Part shown: piece after piece, positions 1 to 9,242 of the stretch | Numbering within the stretch: the first letter of the stretch is position 1 | Layout: each line of letters begins with the position of its first letter | Notes under the pieces: generated by a model | Database searches by the model: none | The model's input: only the letters and a program-made list of their open reading frames with translations | Told to the model about the DNA's origin: nothing | Origin: Myxococcota bacterium | GTDB taxonomy: Bacteria; Myxococcota; Myxococcia; Myxococcales; Myxococcaceae | DNA length: 39,297 nucleotides | Direction of reading: 5' to 3' | Assembly (NCBI GenBank): GCA_049322255.1 | Contig: JBMORE010000008.1 | Coordinates: 1-39,297, forward strand | Position numbers and translations under genes: made by a program

Positions 1-40
1 CATCCGCCCAACGAGACCACCAGCCCCATCACCGTCCACC

Positions 41-1252
41 TCACTTGGCGACTTGGACTTCGACGGTGTTGGCGGAGACGCCGGTGACTTGCAGCTTCTT
101 CTTCTTGAACCGCGCGGTGCTCAGGACATCGGCGAGGTCTTCGGTGCGGCCGGCGTAACTGATGTCGAACTCCGCCTTGCCCTTGCCGAAGGTGCCGGGT
201 TTGACGTCGCGCACGTTGGAGAGGGCGGCAATCGCCTTCTTGAAGTCCTGCACCGCCTTGAAGTCGGCCAAGCCGGTGACATGCATCACCACCCGGTTGC
301 CGTTCTGTTCCTGCGCGCGCAGGTACTCGACCACCGCGGCGCGGACCTTGTTTGAGATCTCGTCCCTATTGAGGTTGACCAGATTGAACGCGGTGCGCTC
401 GTAGGAGATACCGGCTACCGTTTTCCTCAGCTGGCCGTCGCTCCCTTTGATCTCGACCTTGAGAGCCCCCGATACCTTGGCGAGCTGGCTTCCGGAGTCC
501 GTGGCGAAGACCGTCAGGTCGTATTCCCCGGTGACCGGGAAGAGAATCTGTGCGCCAGACCGCTGCGCTCCCTCGAAGCCGTGAGGACCTGGTTCCTGAT
601 TTCGCAACACCACGTTCCCGTAGAGGATGTACTCCGCCTTGGTGAGGTCGCCGATCTCCTTGGCATCGGCACCGGTCATGGAGACGCCGGAGGCGACCTT
701 GAGCTTGCCCGCGGCGAAGGAAGGATCGATCACGGTCCACCCGTCCTTCTTGAACAGCTCGGTGAGCACCGTCGCGGCCACGCTGGTGGAGATGATCTGC
801 GACTCCCCCTTGGGAGTGCTGTGAATGGTCTGCTCCTGAAGCAGAAGCACCAGCTTACGTTGCCCGAGCCGCTTGATGAGCGCCTGCACCGCCTGCAGAT
901 CCTTGTCGAGCTGCGCGGTGCCGACCTCCGCCTTCACCGTGACGAGGACGACGCCCTTGTCCTTCTTCTTCGACACCACATCGTACTTGCGCACGTAGCC
1001 GGCGGAGTGGGCGAAAATCCGGTCGCTCAGGAGCTGGCTGTTCTGGGTGAGGGTGTCGGCGGAGACGAGCACCCCGGCCACTTCCTCCACCGCGTTGCGT
1101 AAGGCGCGCTCCTTGGCCTCGCGTTCGGCGCGTTCTTCGTTACCGTCGACGATCGCCGCCTCGCCGATCGACTCCTTGGTGATGTACTCGGGCGCGGCGA
1201 CCGCCGAGACCGCGAGCACCAGGGCCGCCGCCAGCACCTCGTGGGCCTTCAT
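41..1252 (-). CDS. Exported protein with FlgT N-terminal-like domain (flagellar assembly protein T family-like)
   Basis: Signal peptide (MKAHEVLAAALVLAVSAVAA). N-domain 'GEAAIVDGNEERAEREAKERALRNAVEEVAGVLVSADTL...GYVRKYDVV' fits FlgT_N. Start moved to ATG 1252, which has AAAGGA 8 nt upstream. Confidence 0.7.
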   Translation of the reverse strand: MKAHEVLAAALVLAVSAVAAPEYITKESIGEAAIVDGNEERAEREAKERALRNAVEEVAGVLVSADTLTQNSQLLSDRIFAHSAGYVRKYDVVSKKKDKGVVLVTVKAEVGTAQLDKDLQAVQALIKRLGQRKLVLLLQEQTIHSTPKGESQIISTSVAATVLTELFKKDGWTVIDPSFAAGKLKVASGVSMTGADAKEIGDLTKAEYILYGNVVLRNQEPGPHGFEGAQRSGAQILFPVTGEYDLTVFATDSGSQLAKVSGALKVEIKGSDGQLRKTVAGISYERTAFNLVNLNRDEISNKVRAAVVEYLRAQEQNGNRVVMHVTGLADFKAVQDFKKAIAALSNVRDVKPGTFGKGKAEFDISYAGRTEDLADVLSTARFKKKKLQVTGVSANTVEVQVAK

Positions 1253-1266
1253 CGCGCGCATCCTTT

Positions 1267-2049
1267 CTATTGGGTGACGACGACGACCCGGCCCTCAGCC
1301 AGGAAGGTGTTGTTCGTTTGGGAGAGCTTCTTCACCTCGCCGGCCCCAAGCACCAAATCGGAGCCCTGCACGCGCGCCGCCTTCACCACCAGCGGCTTGT
1401 CGCCAACCTTGACCGACCTCTTCGCCTCGGCGAGGCCCTTGACGAAGACGGCCACCGCCGACGACTTGCGTGCCTCTGTAGAGAGCATTTCGACGCCGTA
1501 GACGAGCTTGCCGGCCTCGTCGACCAGCCGCACCGCCAACGCCGGCGTCACCTTCAGCCCGCGGGCATCGACCACCAGCCCGGTATTCGTTTTATCGCCC
1601 TCCTTGTTGACCGCCACCGCCTCTTCCCCCGACTGGACGAACAGCTCGGTGAGCGCCGCCAACGGAACTTCGACGTCGACCTCGACACCGCTGTCGGAGA
1701 AGTAGCGTTTGCCGGTGACCTTGAACCCGCGCACCACGCCCTCGACCTGGCCGCGGACCTCGTCCTTGGCCATCTCGTCGCCCACGGTGCGACCGGCGGA
1801 GATGTGCACGCCCTTGACCTGCTCCAGGAGCTTGCGGAATGCATCCATCTGGGCCGCGCGCTCGGCGCCCAAGCGAGCCGCTGCGGGGTTGGCCGCCTTC
1901 AAATCAGGGGCCCCACCCCCGGTGGCTCTCACCACCTGCCCTTCCCAATTCACCCCGGGAGCAGGCCGGGCCAGCTTCTCCGCTGCTTTACCCTGCGCCC
2001 ACACCGCCAACGGTGCGGTCAAGGCGAACCACACGAGCTTGCGCGTCAC
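1267..2049 (-). CDS. LPP20/FlgP-like exported protein
   Basis: 'VNWEGQVVRATGGG...ARLGAERAAQMDAFRKLLEQVKGV...VEGVVRG' is LPP20-like; C-terminal 'TGLVVDARGL' domain. GTG 2049 follows GGAGGAG. Sec signal, no Cys. Ends 14 nt before the FlgT-like gene. Confidence 0.65.
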   Translation of the reverse strand: MTRKLVWFALTAPLAVWAQGKAAEKLARPAPGVNWEGQVVRATGGGAPDLKAANPAAARLGAERAAQMDAFRKLLEQVKGVHISAGRTVGDEMAKDEVRGQVEGVVRGFKVTGKRYFSDSGVEVDVEVPLAALTELFVQSGEEAVAVNKEGDKTNTGLVVDARGLKVTPALAVRLVDEAGKLVYGVEMLSTEARKSSAVAVFVKGLAEAKRSVKVGDKPLVVKAARVQGSDLVLGAGEVKKLSQTNNTFLAEGRVVVVTQ

Positions 2050-2195
2050 GAGGAGCTCCTCCCAAGTGGGTTGCAATGGGAGGACGCCCACTGCGCGGCC
2101 GATTCAAGGGTCTCACCGCCGACGCAGTCAAGGACTCAAAGCGGGCATGCCGCGGCCGAAAGTTCCCTCCAGGAGGTCCCGCTTGAGGAGATTGA

Positions 2196-2513
2196 CTAGC
2201 GGATCCCCTGGGGCAAGCCCCCTGGGAAGAGTTCGGCCGCCATCGCGAAGAATGCCAGACCTGCCCGAACACGAGAGGCTAAGCAACGCTTCCGGTCGGC
2301 CGCACGCTCGAGAGCCTCTTCCGCCGGCAGCCCACACATCTGAACCAGGAGATCCCCGTGAGGGCCTTGAGCCAGCACATCTGGCGAGAGCCCCTTCAAC
2401 TCCCTGCGAATGTCCGCCGCAGTCGGAGTCCTCCCAGCGAATAGCGCCGCTGCGCCCACCTTCTTTGCCTTGGCATCCGCCCTTCTACTCCTCTTCCACG
2501 ACTTGACGGTCAT
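2196..2513 (-). CDS. Hypothetical protein (doubtful orphan ORF)
   Basis: Open frame MTVKSWKR...PQGIR with many A/T-ending codons, unlike its neighbours. No recognisable motif; start uncertain. Confidence 0.25.
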   Translation of the reverse strand: MTVKSWKRSRRADAKAKKVGAAALFAGRTPTAADIRRELKGLSPDVLAQGPHGDLLVQMCGLPAEEALERAADRKRCLASRVRAGLAFFAMAAELFPGGLPQGIR

Positions 2514-2758
2514 GCGGACGGCACTCATCTGACTTGTAGCAGGGTTTACCGCTGCAGACGGCTGAGCAGGGCGAACAGCTGAGCCCTCTGCCGCTCCGCG
2601 GGGTGAGCCGTGCACCTGAGCCCTGAAGCTATTCTACCTGCACCTGCAACCTGACTTGGACGGCGCTCGTGTCCATTAACCGCAAAGATGGTTGCCATCT
2701 CCATTCCCCTCGACCAGGATTTCGTTCCTGTCCAAAGCCGAGGAAGTCGACCGTTCCG

Positions 2759-3067
2759 ATGTCGTCCCGCTTCATCTTCTTTCTCTTCTTGGTTGAACTC
2801 TGCTCGGGCTGCGTCTCCGGCTACGTCCAACCCCTGGGCGAGTCGTGCGAACGCCAAGACCCCGCGGTTGACCTCTGCACCGAGGGCCTCGCCTGCTGGG
2901 ACCACGTGTGTCGCCCCTTCTGCCGTTGGGACGGCGGGGCGCGATGCGGGCCAGGGTGCGTTTCCCAAGAGGTCTACTTCGGTGACCCGCAAGAGTGCAT
3001 CTGTGTCCCTGACCCCGACGCCGGCTGTGCCTCCGCAACCGCCTGCGGCGGATGCGGCCCCCAATAG
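2759..3067 (+). CDS. Small Cys-rich putative lipoprotein
   Basis: ATG 2759 with GAGGA upstream; hydrophobic leader ending in lipobox-like LCSG-C; dense Cys; DAG motif typical of myxobacterial exported proteins. Confidence 0.6.
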   Translation: MSSRFIFFLFLVELCSGCVSGYVQPLGESCERQDPAVDLCTEGLACWDHVCRPFCRWDGGARCGPGCVSQEVYFGDPQECICVPDPDAGCASATACGGCGPQ

Positions 3068-3089
3068 GCTCTGGCGAAGCCTCTTCCTG

Positions 3090-3167
3090 GACCCGGACTG
3101 AGACCCCGACGCTGACTCAGCCCCTGATGCTGACGCTGACTCGGACTCCGACTCAGACTGGGATGGC
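3090..3167. repeat. Degenerate tandem hexamer repeat (GACNNN x ~13)
   Basis: gacccg gactga gacccc gacgct gactca gcccct gatgct gacgct gactcg gactcc gactca gactgg gatggc, read directly; encodes SESESESASAS on the minus strand. Confidence 0.85.
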
Positions 3168-3407
3168 CCTCCGCGCACGTGCTGGTGCGCCTGCACGTAA
3201 TCCGTTCACCGCGATAGCTGGCCGGTTCCCCGTGCATATGCTCGTGCTCGAAACGGAAGTCATCGCGGTGCCGCCCGACGATGGCCGTTATCGGCGCAGC
3301 TTTCGCTCGTGGGCCGCGCGGATTCTCGCGAGATTCAATTTCTCGCACGCCTTATCGATGTCTGGACCCGTGACGGTCAGCAGCTCGAGCGCGCGGGACT
3401 TTCAATC

Positions 3408-3731
3408 CTAATCCACGTGCCCGGAGATGTACTGGTCGATCAGCCGGCGGTGGCGCTCGGTGAGCAAGGTAAAGCGAATGCCCGAGCCTTCGGTGCGGGC
3501 GTCGATCCACTCCCGCACCACCTCTCCCTCGGCGTAGATGACCTCTTCGCTTCCGGGGAGCTGGAACTGCAGCCCCACCCGCTTGCCCGCGAACTGCGGC
3601 TCGATGAGGTGTGCCAAGTTGACGCCCTCCGAGCTGATGTCCGAGGTGCGCGCCATGTACGGCACCCCCGACACGTACTTGTTGAGGAAGATGTCCAAGG
3701 GGGCTCGATCGGTCCTGCGTTTGTTTCTCAT
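3408..3731 (-). CDS. Stand-alone PilZ domain protein (c-di-GMP receptor)
   Basis: RxxxR (KRRTDR) and DxSxxG (DISSEG) motifs, 'GIRF' strand; ATG 3731 preceded by GGAGGAG. Confidence 0.9.
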   Translation of the reverse strand: MRNKRRTDRAPLDIFLNKYVSGVPYMARTSDISSEGVNLAHLIEPQFAGKRVGLQFQLPGSEEVIYAEGEVVREWIDARTEGSGIRFTLLTERHRRLIDQYISGHVD

Positions 3732-3786
3732 CCGCTCCTCCAAACGTGGCAACAGGCCGCTGCAGCGATGAAGCTGCCTGTGACAA

Positions 3787-3814
3787 AGGGTAGAGCCGTC
3801 GCGCGATCGGTCAA
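3787..3814 (-). promoter_or_regulatory. Possible sigma70-type promoter of the PilZ gene
   Basis: TTGACC-N16-TACCCT on the minus strand in the divergent intergenic region. Confidence 0.35.
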
Positions 3815-3891
3815 GAAATCGGCCCGCGAAGCGCTATAAGGGCGCCCTTCGGCCGTCGCAATCTCGCGCCGGCCCATGAAAGGCGACGTCG

Positions 3892-4551
3892 ATGCGAGTG
3901 GTGACAGTGGTGGCAGCGGCGGTGATGCTCTGCGGCCAAGCGATGGCCCAGGAGCCCCAGACCGAGGAAGAAAAGACCGTCTACGCGTTGGGGCTGGCGG
4001 TAGGAAGGAGCCTGGCGCCCTTCAGTCTGAGCAAGGCCGAGCTCGAGTTGGTGAAGAAGGGGCTCTCCGACGCGGTGAGCGGCGCCAAGCCGGCCGTCGA
4101 CATCGAGAAGTACGGCCCCAAGCTCGACTCGCTCGCCAAGACACGCAGCGCCGCGACCTCCAAGGCCTACCTAGACAAGGCCGCCAAGGAGAAAGGCGCG
4201 CAGGTGCTCCCTTCGGGGCTCGTCTACACCGAGCTGAAGGCAGGCCGCGGCGCTTCACCCAAAGCAACCGACATGGTGAAGGTGCACTACCGCGGAACCC
4301 TGGTGAACGGCACCGAGTTTGACAGCTCCTACAAGCGTGGTCAGCCCGCCGAGTTTCCGCTCAACGGCGTCATTCCCTGTTGGACCGAAGGGGTGCAGAA
4401 GCTCAAGGTGGGCGGCAAGGCGAAGCTGGTATGCCCGGCGAAGATCGCCTACGGCGAGTCCGGCCGTCCGCCCACGATTCCCGGCGGGGCAACCTTGGTG
4501 TTCGAGGTCGAGCTGCTCGAGGTCATGGCACCGAGCGCGCCGGCACAGTGA
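3892..4551 (+). CDS. FKBP-type peptidyl-prolyl cis-trans isomerase (FkpA/Mip-like, exported)
   Basis: Signal peptide, FKBP_N 'YALG', then 'VKVHYRGTLVNGTEFDSSY', 'VIPCWTEG', 'IAYG', 'IPGGATLVFEVEL'. Confidence 0.95.
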   Translation: MRVVTVVAAAVMLCGQAMAQEPQTEEEKTVYALGLAVGRSLAPFSLSKAELELVKKGLSDAVSGAKPAVDIEKYGPKLDSLAKTRSAATSKAYLDKAAKEKGAQVLPSGLVYTELKAGRGASPKATDMVKVHYRGTLVNGTEFDSSYKRGQPAEFPLNGVIPCWTEGVQKLKVGGKAKLVCPAKIAYGESGRPPTIPGGATLVFEVELLEVMAPSAPAQ

Positions 4552-4578
4552 AGCTCCCTCAAAGGCCCTTGAAGAAAT

Positions 4579-6627
4579 TCACTTCTCGTTCAGCGCGGAG
4601 GCCGTGGCGCGCAGCAGCGGGCCGGCACTCACCGGCGAGCCGGTGGCGTGCTCCATCCACAAGTCGGGGGTGACCGCGCCGTACTTCGCCATGCGCTCGA
4701 ACTCCGGCCCCAGCTTCCCCGCCTTCTGCATATGCTCTTCGATCTGGAAGGCGATGAGGTGCCCCAGCGGGTAATTGAAGAGGTAGAGCGGGTAACTGAT
4801 CATGTGCGAGTAGATGCCCAGGAGCACGCTGTCCTTGCCTCCCAGCACCGGCGCGTAGTGCCGGTTCCACACCTCGCGGGCAATCTTCATCGTCGCCGCG
4901 CGAAGCTGCGCCGGGGTGGCCTTGGGGTTCTCGTACATCCAATGCCACACGGCGACATCCACCAGAGCGACCCCGGCGATCTCCCAGGTCATCCAGAAGT
5001 CGTTGAGCACCCGGGCGCGCTCGCTCTCGGCGTCGGGCTTGGCGAGGCCGAGAAGCTCCAAGTCGCGTCCCTGGAAGACGAAGGCGAGCGCCTCGGTGAA
5101 GGCGGTGTTGGGCACGCCGGCGAGCAGGGTGCGGTCGACGTCGTAGAGCGAAAAGACCTGCTCGACGTTGTGCCCCAGCTCGTGCACCGCGATGTTGTAG
5201 CCCTTGTAATTCATCCCCTCCTTCTCCACGCGGGTACGCAGGCGGGGGAAGTCGCCGCGGCGTGAGGCGGGGAAAGCGTGGCCCGCGCCGCGCGAGGCGT
5301 CGACTTGAATGCGCTCGGAGAGGTAGCGGGCGCGCTCCTTCGGAAAGCCCAAATCGCCCAAGATGCGGGGAATGTCCCTGGCAAAGGCACCGGCGCTCGG
5401 GTAGCGCTTGCGGCAGAGGGTGTCGAGCTCCGCTTCGGGAATCTTGCCCCGGGCGACGAACCCGTTGAACCACAGGTCTTGCGGCTCGAGCTTGCGGGCC
5501 AGCCGCCGCTCGATTTCAGCGGCCACCTTGGGAACCAACGGCGACGTGAGCACCTCGGTGAGCAACCCCTTCACCCGCTCCTCGCTCATCTCGGCGGAAA
5601 GCTCGAAGGCACGGGCAAGCTGGGTGGGCGCCACCGGAGAGTAAGGGTCTGCCTGGCGCGCCGCCTCGAAGTTTGCCCAGAGCTTTTGATAGCGCACGTC
5701 GGGCTCGGGGACAGTTTCCGCCTTCGCCTCGCGGGCCGGGGCTTCCTTTTCCACCGTCTCGGGGGCCGCTGCGGTCACCTGGTTGGTGAACGGGTTCCAG
5801 TCGACGCGCGGGTTGTCGATCACCACCTTGGGAATTTCCTGCGCCACGATGCGCTCCATTACCTCGACGATGGTGCGCTGCTTGGCCAGCCCGTCCTTGT
5901 CGGCGTAGCTCGCCTTGAGCTCGTCGCGCAGGTTCCAGTGGCTGATCAGCCGCTTGCCACTGGGGAAGAGCCGCTGGCCCTGGTCGTCGACCAGGTGGTG
6001 CATCCAGATGTTGTACTCGGCCACGTAGAGATCGGCGGCGGCAGAGGCCTGGGCGATGCGCTGCTGCACCTTTGCGGGCACGCGGCGGGAAAAGCGCCCG
6101 GTGAGGCGCGTTTCCGCCCACTGGCGCCGGGTGAAGCCCTTCCCCTCCTCCAGCTTCTCCTTCAGCGTCCTCGAGGGGAAGTTGAGCAGCACGACGAAGG
6201 CGATCTTGTTCTCGAACAGGTCCTCCAAGAGGTGCGCTGAGGGGTCGTAAGCGGAAAAGAGCGGGTCGATGGAGAGCAGCGGCCCCCAGTCGAGGTCAGT
6301 GGGCCGACGCAAGTCACGGCCGATCTCGTTGAAGTGCCCGTCGAGCACCTCGAAGTTCTGCTCGAAGCGCTTCAAGGTCGCCTCGAGCTTCGCCTCGTCG
6401 GCGATGAAGTGCTCGCGCGCGAACGCTGCCAGATCGCCGTCTTCCTTTCGCCACAGCGCAGCCACCTGCCGAAGTCCGCGCTCGATGCGCGCCTGTTGCC
6501 CCGCGCCGTGCTTCTTCAAAAGCTCGGCCTTCAATGCCGCCGTATCCGTCATTGCCACCCTCTTTGGAGCACCCAAGGCGCCCGACGACAAAAGGAGCAG
6601 GCCCAGCGCGCAGCGCAGCCTCGTCAT
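4579..6627 (-). CDS. Exported gluzincin-like (M3/M2-clan) metallopeptidase of unknown family
   Basis: Signal peptide; HEXXH 'AVHELGHNVE' with downstream 'NTAFTEALA' third ligand; C-terminal 'HMISYPLYLFNY'. ATG 6627 follows GAGG. Confidence 0.7.
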   Translation of the reverse strand: MTRLRCALGLLLLSSGALGAPKRVAMTDTAALKAELLKKHGAGQQARIERGLRQVAALWRKEDGDLAAFAREHFIADEAKLEATLKRFEQNFEVLDGHFNEIGRDLRRPTDLDWGPLLSIDPLFSAYDPSAHLLEDLFENKIAFVVLLNFPSRTLKEKLEEGKGFTRRQWAETRLTGRFSRRVPAKVQQRIAQASAAADLYVAEYNIWMHHLVDDQGQRLFPSGKRLISHWNLRDELKASYADKDGLAKQRTIVEVMERIVAQEIPKVVIDNPRVDWNPFTNQVTAAAPETVEKEAPAREAKAETVPEPDVRYQKLWANFEAARQADPYSPVAPTQLARAFELSAEMSEERVKGLLTEVLTSPLVPKVAAEIERRLARKLEPQDLWFNGFVARGKIPEAELDTLCRKRYPSAGAFARDIPRILGDLGFPKERARYLSERIQVDASRGAGHAFPASRRGDFPRLRTRVEKEGMNYKGYNIAVHELGHNVEQVFSLYDVDRTLLAGVPNTAFTEALAFVFQGRDLELLGLAKPDAESERARVLNDFWMTWEIAGVALVDVAVWHWMYENPKATPAQLRAATMKIAREVWNRHYAPVLGGKDSVLLGIYSHMISYPLYLFNYPLGHLIAFQIEEHMQKAGKLGPEFERMAKYGAVTPDLWMEHATGSPVSAGPLLRATASALNEK

Positions 6628-6645
6628 ATCGACCTCGAGAAACAC

Positions 6646-6681
6646 AGAAGGCCCGACCCTTTTGGCGGGGCCGGGCCTTCT
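6646..6681 (-). terminator. Hairpin/terminator downstream of the cold-shock gene
   Basis: Inverted repeat AGAAGGCCCG (6646-6655) / CGGGCCTTCT (6672-6681), followed on the minus strand by GTGTTTC. Confidence 0.7.
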
Positions 6682-6702
6682 CGAAATGGTTCGCGCTGCT
6701 GT

Positions 6703-6912
6703 TTAGCTACCGGCGGCGCGGACGTTTTGGGCCTGCAGGCCCTTGGGGCCGCGGGTCACGTCGAACTCGACCTTCTGACCTTCGGTCAAGGTACGGAACC
6801 CGTCCATGTTGATCGCGGTGTGGTGGCAGAAGACATCCTCGCCCCCGCCGTCTTGGGTGATAAAGCCAAAACCCTTGGCGTCGTTGAACCACTTCACTGT
6901 ACCAGTTGCCAT
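6703..6912 (-). CDS. Cold-shock protein (CspA family)
   Basis: [18 protein letters not shown]...DVFCHHTAI...[10 protein letters not shown] with RNP1/RNP2 motifs. It is the C-terminal 69 aa of track ORF 6703..7833. Confidence 0.97.
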   Translation of the reverse strand: MATGTVKWFNDAKGFGFITQDGGGEDVFCHHTAINMDGFRTLTEGQKVEFDVTRGPKGLQAQNVRAAGS

Positions 6913-7043
6913 TCGCTTCATTCCTTCATGATTCGACAAGCGAGAATCCGCTGCCGGTCTCACCGCTATTGGAGAGAACGAAAGCAATGTAGGCACCTTC
7001 CCGACTTCTGTCCATAGGCAACCGAGCGATCGAGCGGTTGGCG

Positions 7044-8819
7044 TCACCAACCGCACTTTTGCCCCTGGTTGGCTTCGGTGAGCCAGGCTTGCAGCGGCTG
7101 GAAGTAGTCGGTGAGCGCGCTGGCATCCAGCTCTCGCTGGCCGGTGAGGGTGAAGAGCGCCTCGGGCCAGGGCTTGCTGGCACCCAGCTCGAGCATCGCC
7201 TTGAGCTTGGCCCCTGCCTGCTTGTTGCCGTCGATCGAGCAGGTGTGCAGCGGGCCTTGATGCCCGGCCGCCTGGCAGAGGGCGCGGTGGAACTGGAACT
7301 GGAGGATACGGGCAAGGAAGTAGCGCATGTACGGCACGTTGGCGGGGATGTGGTACTTGGCGCCCGGATCGAAGTCGGCCTCGGAGCGCGCCACCGGCGC
7401 CGCCACTCCCTGGTACTTCTGGCGCAGCGCCCACCAATGCTCGTTGTACTTGTCCGGCCCGACCTTGCCGGCAAACACGTCCCACCGCCACTGGTCGATC
7501 ATCCGTCCGAAGGGAAGGAAGGCGACCTTCTCCATCGCGTCCTTCATCTGCAGGTTGATGAGGCCCTTCTGGTCTTTGGGCACCGTGGTGAGCAGCCCCA
7601 GCTTCTTCAAGTACGCAGGGGTGATGGACAGGGTGAGCGCGTCGCCGATCGCCTCGTGAAAGCCGTCGTTCGCCCCCTGCTGATAGAGCACCGGCAGCTT
7701 GTAGTAGTAGTGGAAGTAGTAGTTGTGCCCCAGCTCGTGGTGGACGGTGGTGAGGTCCTCCTCGTCGATCTTGATGCACATCTTGATGCGCAAGTCGTCG
7801 CTGTAGGTCACGTCCCACGCGCTGGCGTGGCACACCACCTCGCGATCAGCGGGCTTTTTGAACTGCGAGCGCTCCCAGAAAGTCTTGGGCAACGGATCGA
7901 GCCCTAAGCCGGTGAAGAAGGCCTCGCCCAATTTCACCAACTTGAGCTCGTCGTATTTCTTCCTCTTGAGCGCCGCGCTGACATCGAGGCTGGCTTGCCC
8001 CTTGTACGGCTCGACCAGCTTGTAGACGTTGTTCCACTCCTGGGCCCACATGTTGCCCAAAAGGTGCGCGGGGATGGGCCCTTCGGGGCTCACCTTGTCC
8101 TTGCCGTACTTCTTCACCAGCTGCGCGCGCACGTAGCAGTGTAGCTGGTCGTAGAGCGGCTTGACCTGGCTCCAGAGGCGGTCGGTCTCTTTCTCGAAGT
8201 CGGCGGGCGCCATGTCGTAGCCGCTGCGCCACAGCTCGCCCAAGTTGGCAAAGCCAATCTCGCGCGCCCCCTCGTTGGAGAGCTCGACCAGGCGTTGGTA
8301 CATCGGCCGCATCTCGCGTGAGATGGTGCGCCAGCCGGCCCAGGCGTCGAGCAGCTGCTCGTAGTTGTTGCTCTCGGCGATGACTTTGGAGAGCGCCTGC
8401 AGGTCCTTGCCGCGCCACTTGCCCTTGCCGTAGATGCCTTCCAGACGCGCGGCCAGCGTCGCCAGCTCGCTGCGCTTCTTGGGGTCGGAGGGCGCGGGGA
8501 GCGCGCTGGCGATTCGCAAAAGGTGCAGCTGGCGCGCGGTGTCGGCGTCGAGGGACAGCCCGCGAAAGCGCATCGAGTCTTTGATCGCCGAAGAGAGGTA
8601 GGCCATCACGTCTTCGTTGGCCCAGGCCGCCTGCTGCTCGGTGTCTTGGGTGATGTAGGTCGATTTGATCCACTCGGCGGTGGCTTGCTTGGTCCACAGC
8701 CGCTTCAAGTCTTGATCGACTTTAGAGACGAAAGCCTTGGCCTCTTGGGACGTGGGCTTGGGCTGAGCAGCTGCCGCGGTGGCAAATAGAGCGAAGAGAA
8801 CGGTGAGGGTCGTTTTCAT
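7044..8819 (-). CDS. Peptidyl-dipeptidase A, M2 family (ACE-like)
   Basis: Signal peptide; '[11 protein letters not shown]', 'VCHASAWD', 'HHELGH', '[12 protein letters not shown]', 'DPGAKYHIP'. Confidence 0.96.
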   Translation of the reverse strand: MKTTLTVLFALFATAAAAQPKPTSQEAKAFVSKVDQDLKRLWTKQATAEWIKSTYITQDTEQQAAWANEDVMAYLSSAIKDSMRFRGLSLDADTARQLHLLRIASALPAPSDPKKRSELATLAARLEGIYGKGKWRGKDLQALSKVIAESNNYEQLLDAWAGWRTISREMRPMYQRLVELSNEGAREIGFANLGELWRSGYDMAPADFEKETDRLWSQVKPLYDQLHCYVRAQLVKKYGKDKVSPEGPIPAHLLGNMWAQEWNNVYKLVEPYKGQASLDVSAALKRKKYDELKLVKLGEAFFTGLGLDPLPKTFWERSQFKKPADREVVCHASAWDVTYSDDLRIKMCIKIDEEDLTTVHHELGHNYYFHYYYKLPVLYQQGANDGFHEAIGDALTLSITPAYLKKLGLLTTVPKDQKGLINLQMKDAMEKVAFLPFGRMIDQWRWDVFAGKVGPDKYNEHWWALRQKYQGVAAPVARSEADFDPGAKYHIPANVPYMRYFLARILQFQFHRALCQAAGHQGPLHTCSIDGNKQAGAKLKAMLELGASKPWPEALFTLTGQRELDASALTDYFQPLQAWLTEANQGQKCGW

Positions 8820-8873
8820 GGGGCGCCATCTACGGCAGGCCCCACAGCAAGGACAAACAAAAAGGAACGGGTG

Positions 8874-9230
8874 TCACGGGGCGGGAGCGAGCTGGCCCAA
8901 GTCGACGGAGACCTTGGTGACGCGATCGGGAGCGACGTCGATCGTGAGCGAGCGGCGCAGGCCATCGGTGCCGACGAGAACGAACTGTTGCCTGCCGGCG
9001 GGCATGTAGAGGTCGACCAGCGGCGTTTTCCCCAAGAGCTTCTGCTCGAAGAACAGCTGCGCGCTGGGGCGACTTTGAATGCTCACCCGGCCCAACCCTC
9101 CCAGCTGGGAGGCGGGCTTCGCCGCCGTCGGCGTGCCCTGCGACTTGAGGACACCGAAGATGGCGCCGCCCAGGAGGGCGACGACGGCGAAACTGACCCA
9201 GAACGTCGCGCGGGAAGATGGGCGGCTCAT
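8874..9230 (-). CDS. Small membrane-anchored PEGA-like domain protein
   Basis: N-terminal TM helix; 'GRVSIQSRPSAQLFFEQKLLGKTPL...PAGRQ' PEGA-like pattern. Confidence 0.65.
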   Translation of the reverse strand: MSRPSSRATFWVSFAVVALLGGAIFGVLKSQGTPTAAKPASQLGGLGRVSIQSRPSAQLFFEQKLLGKTPLVDLYMPAGRQQFVLVGTDGLRRSLTIDVAPDRVTKVSVDLGQLAPAP

Positions 9231-9242
9231 CGTTCGAATGCC

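Noticed and set aside
6703..7833. 376-aa ORF ending in a cold-shock domain (apparent fusion)
   Set aside because: The N-terminal part is an off-frame reading of the M2 peptidase gene; the real Csp starts at 6912.
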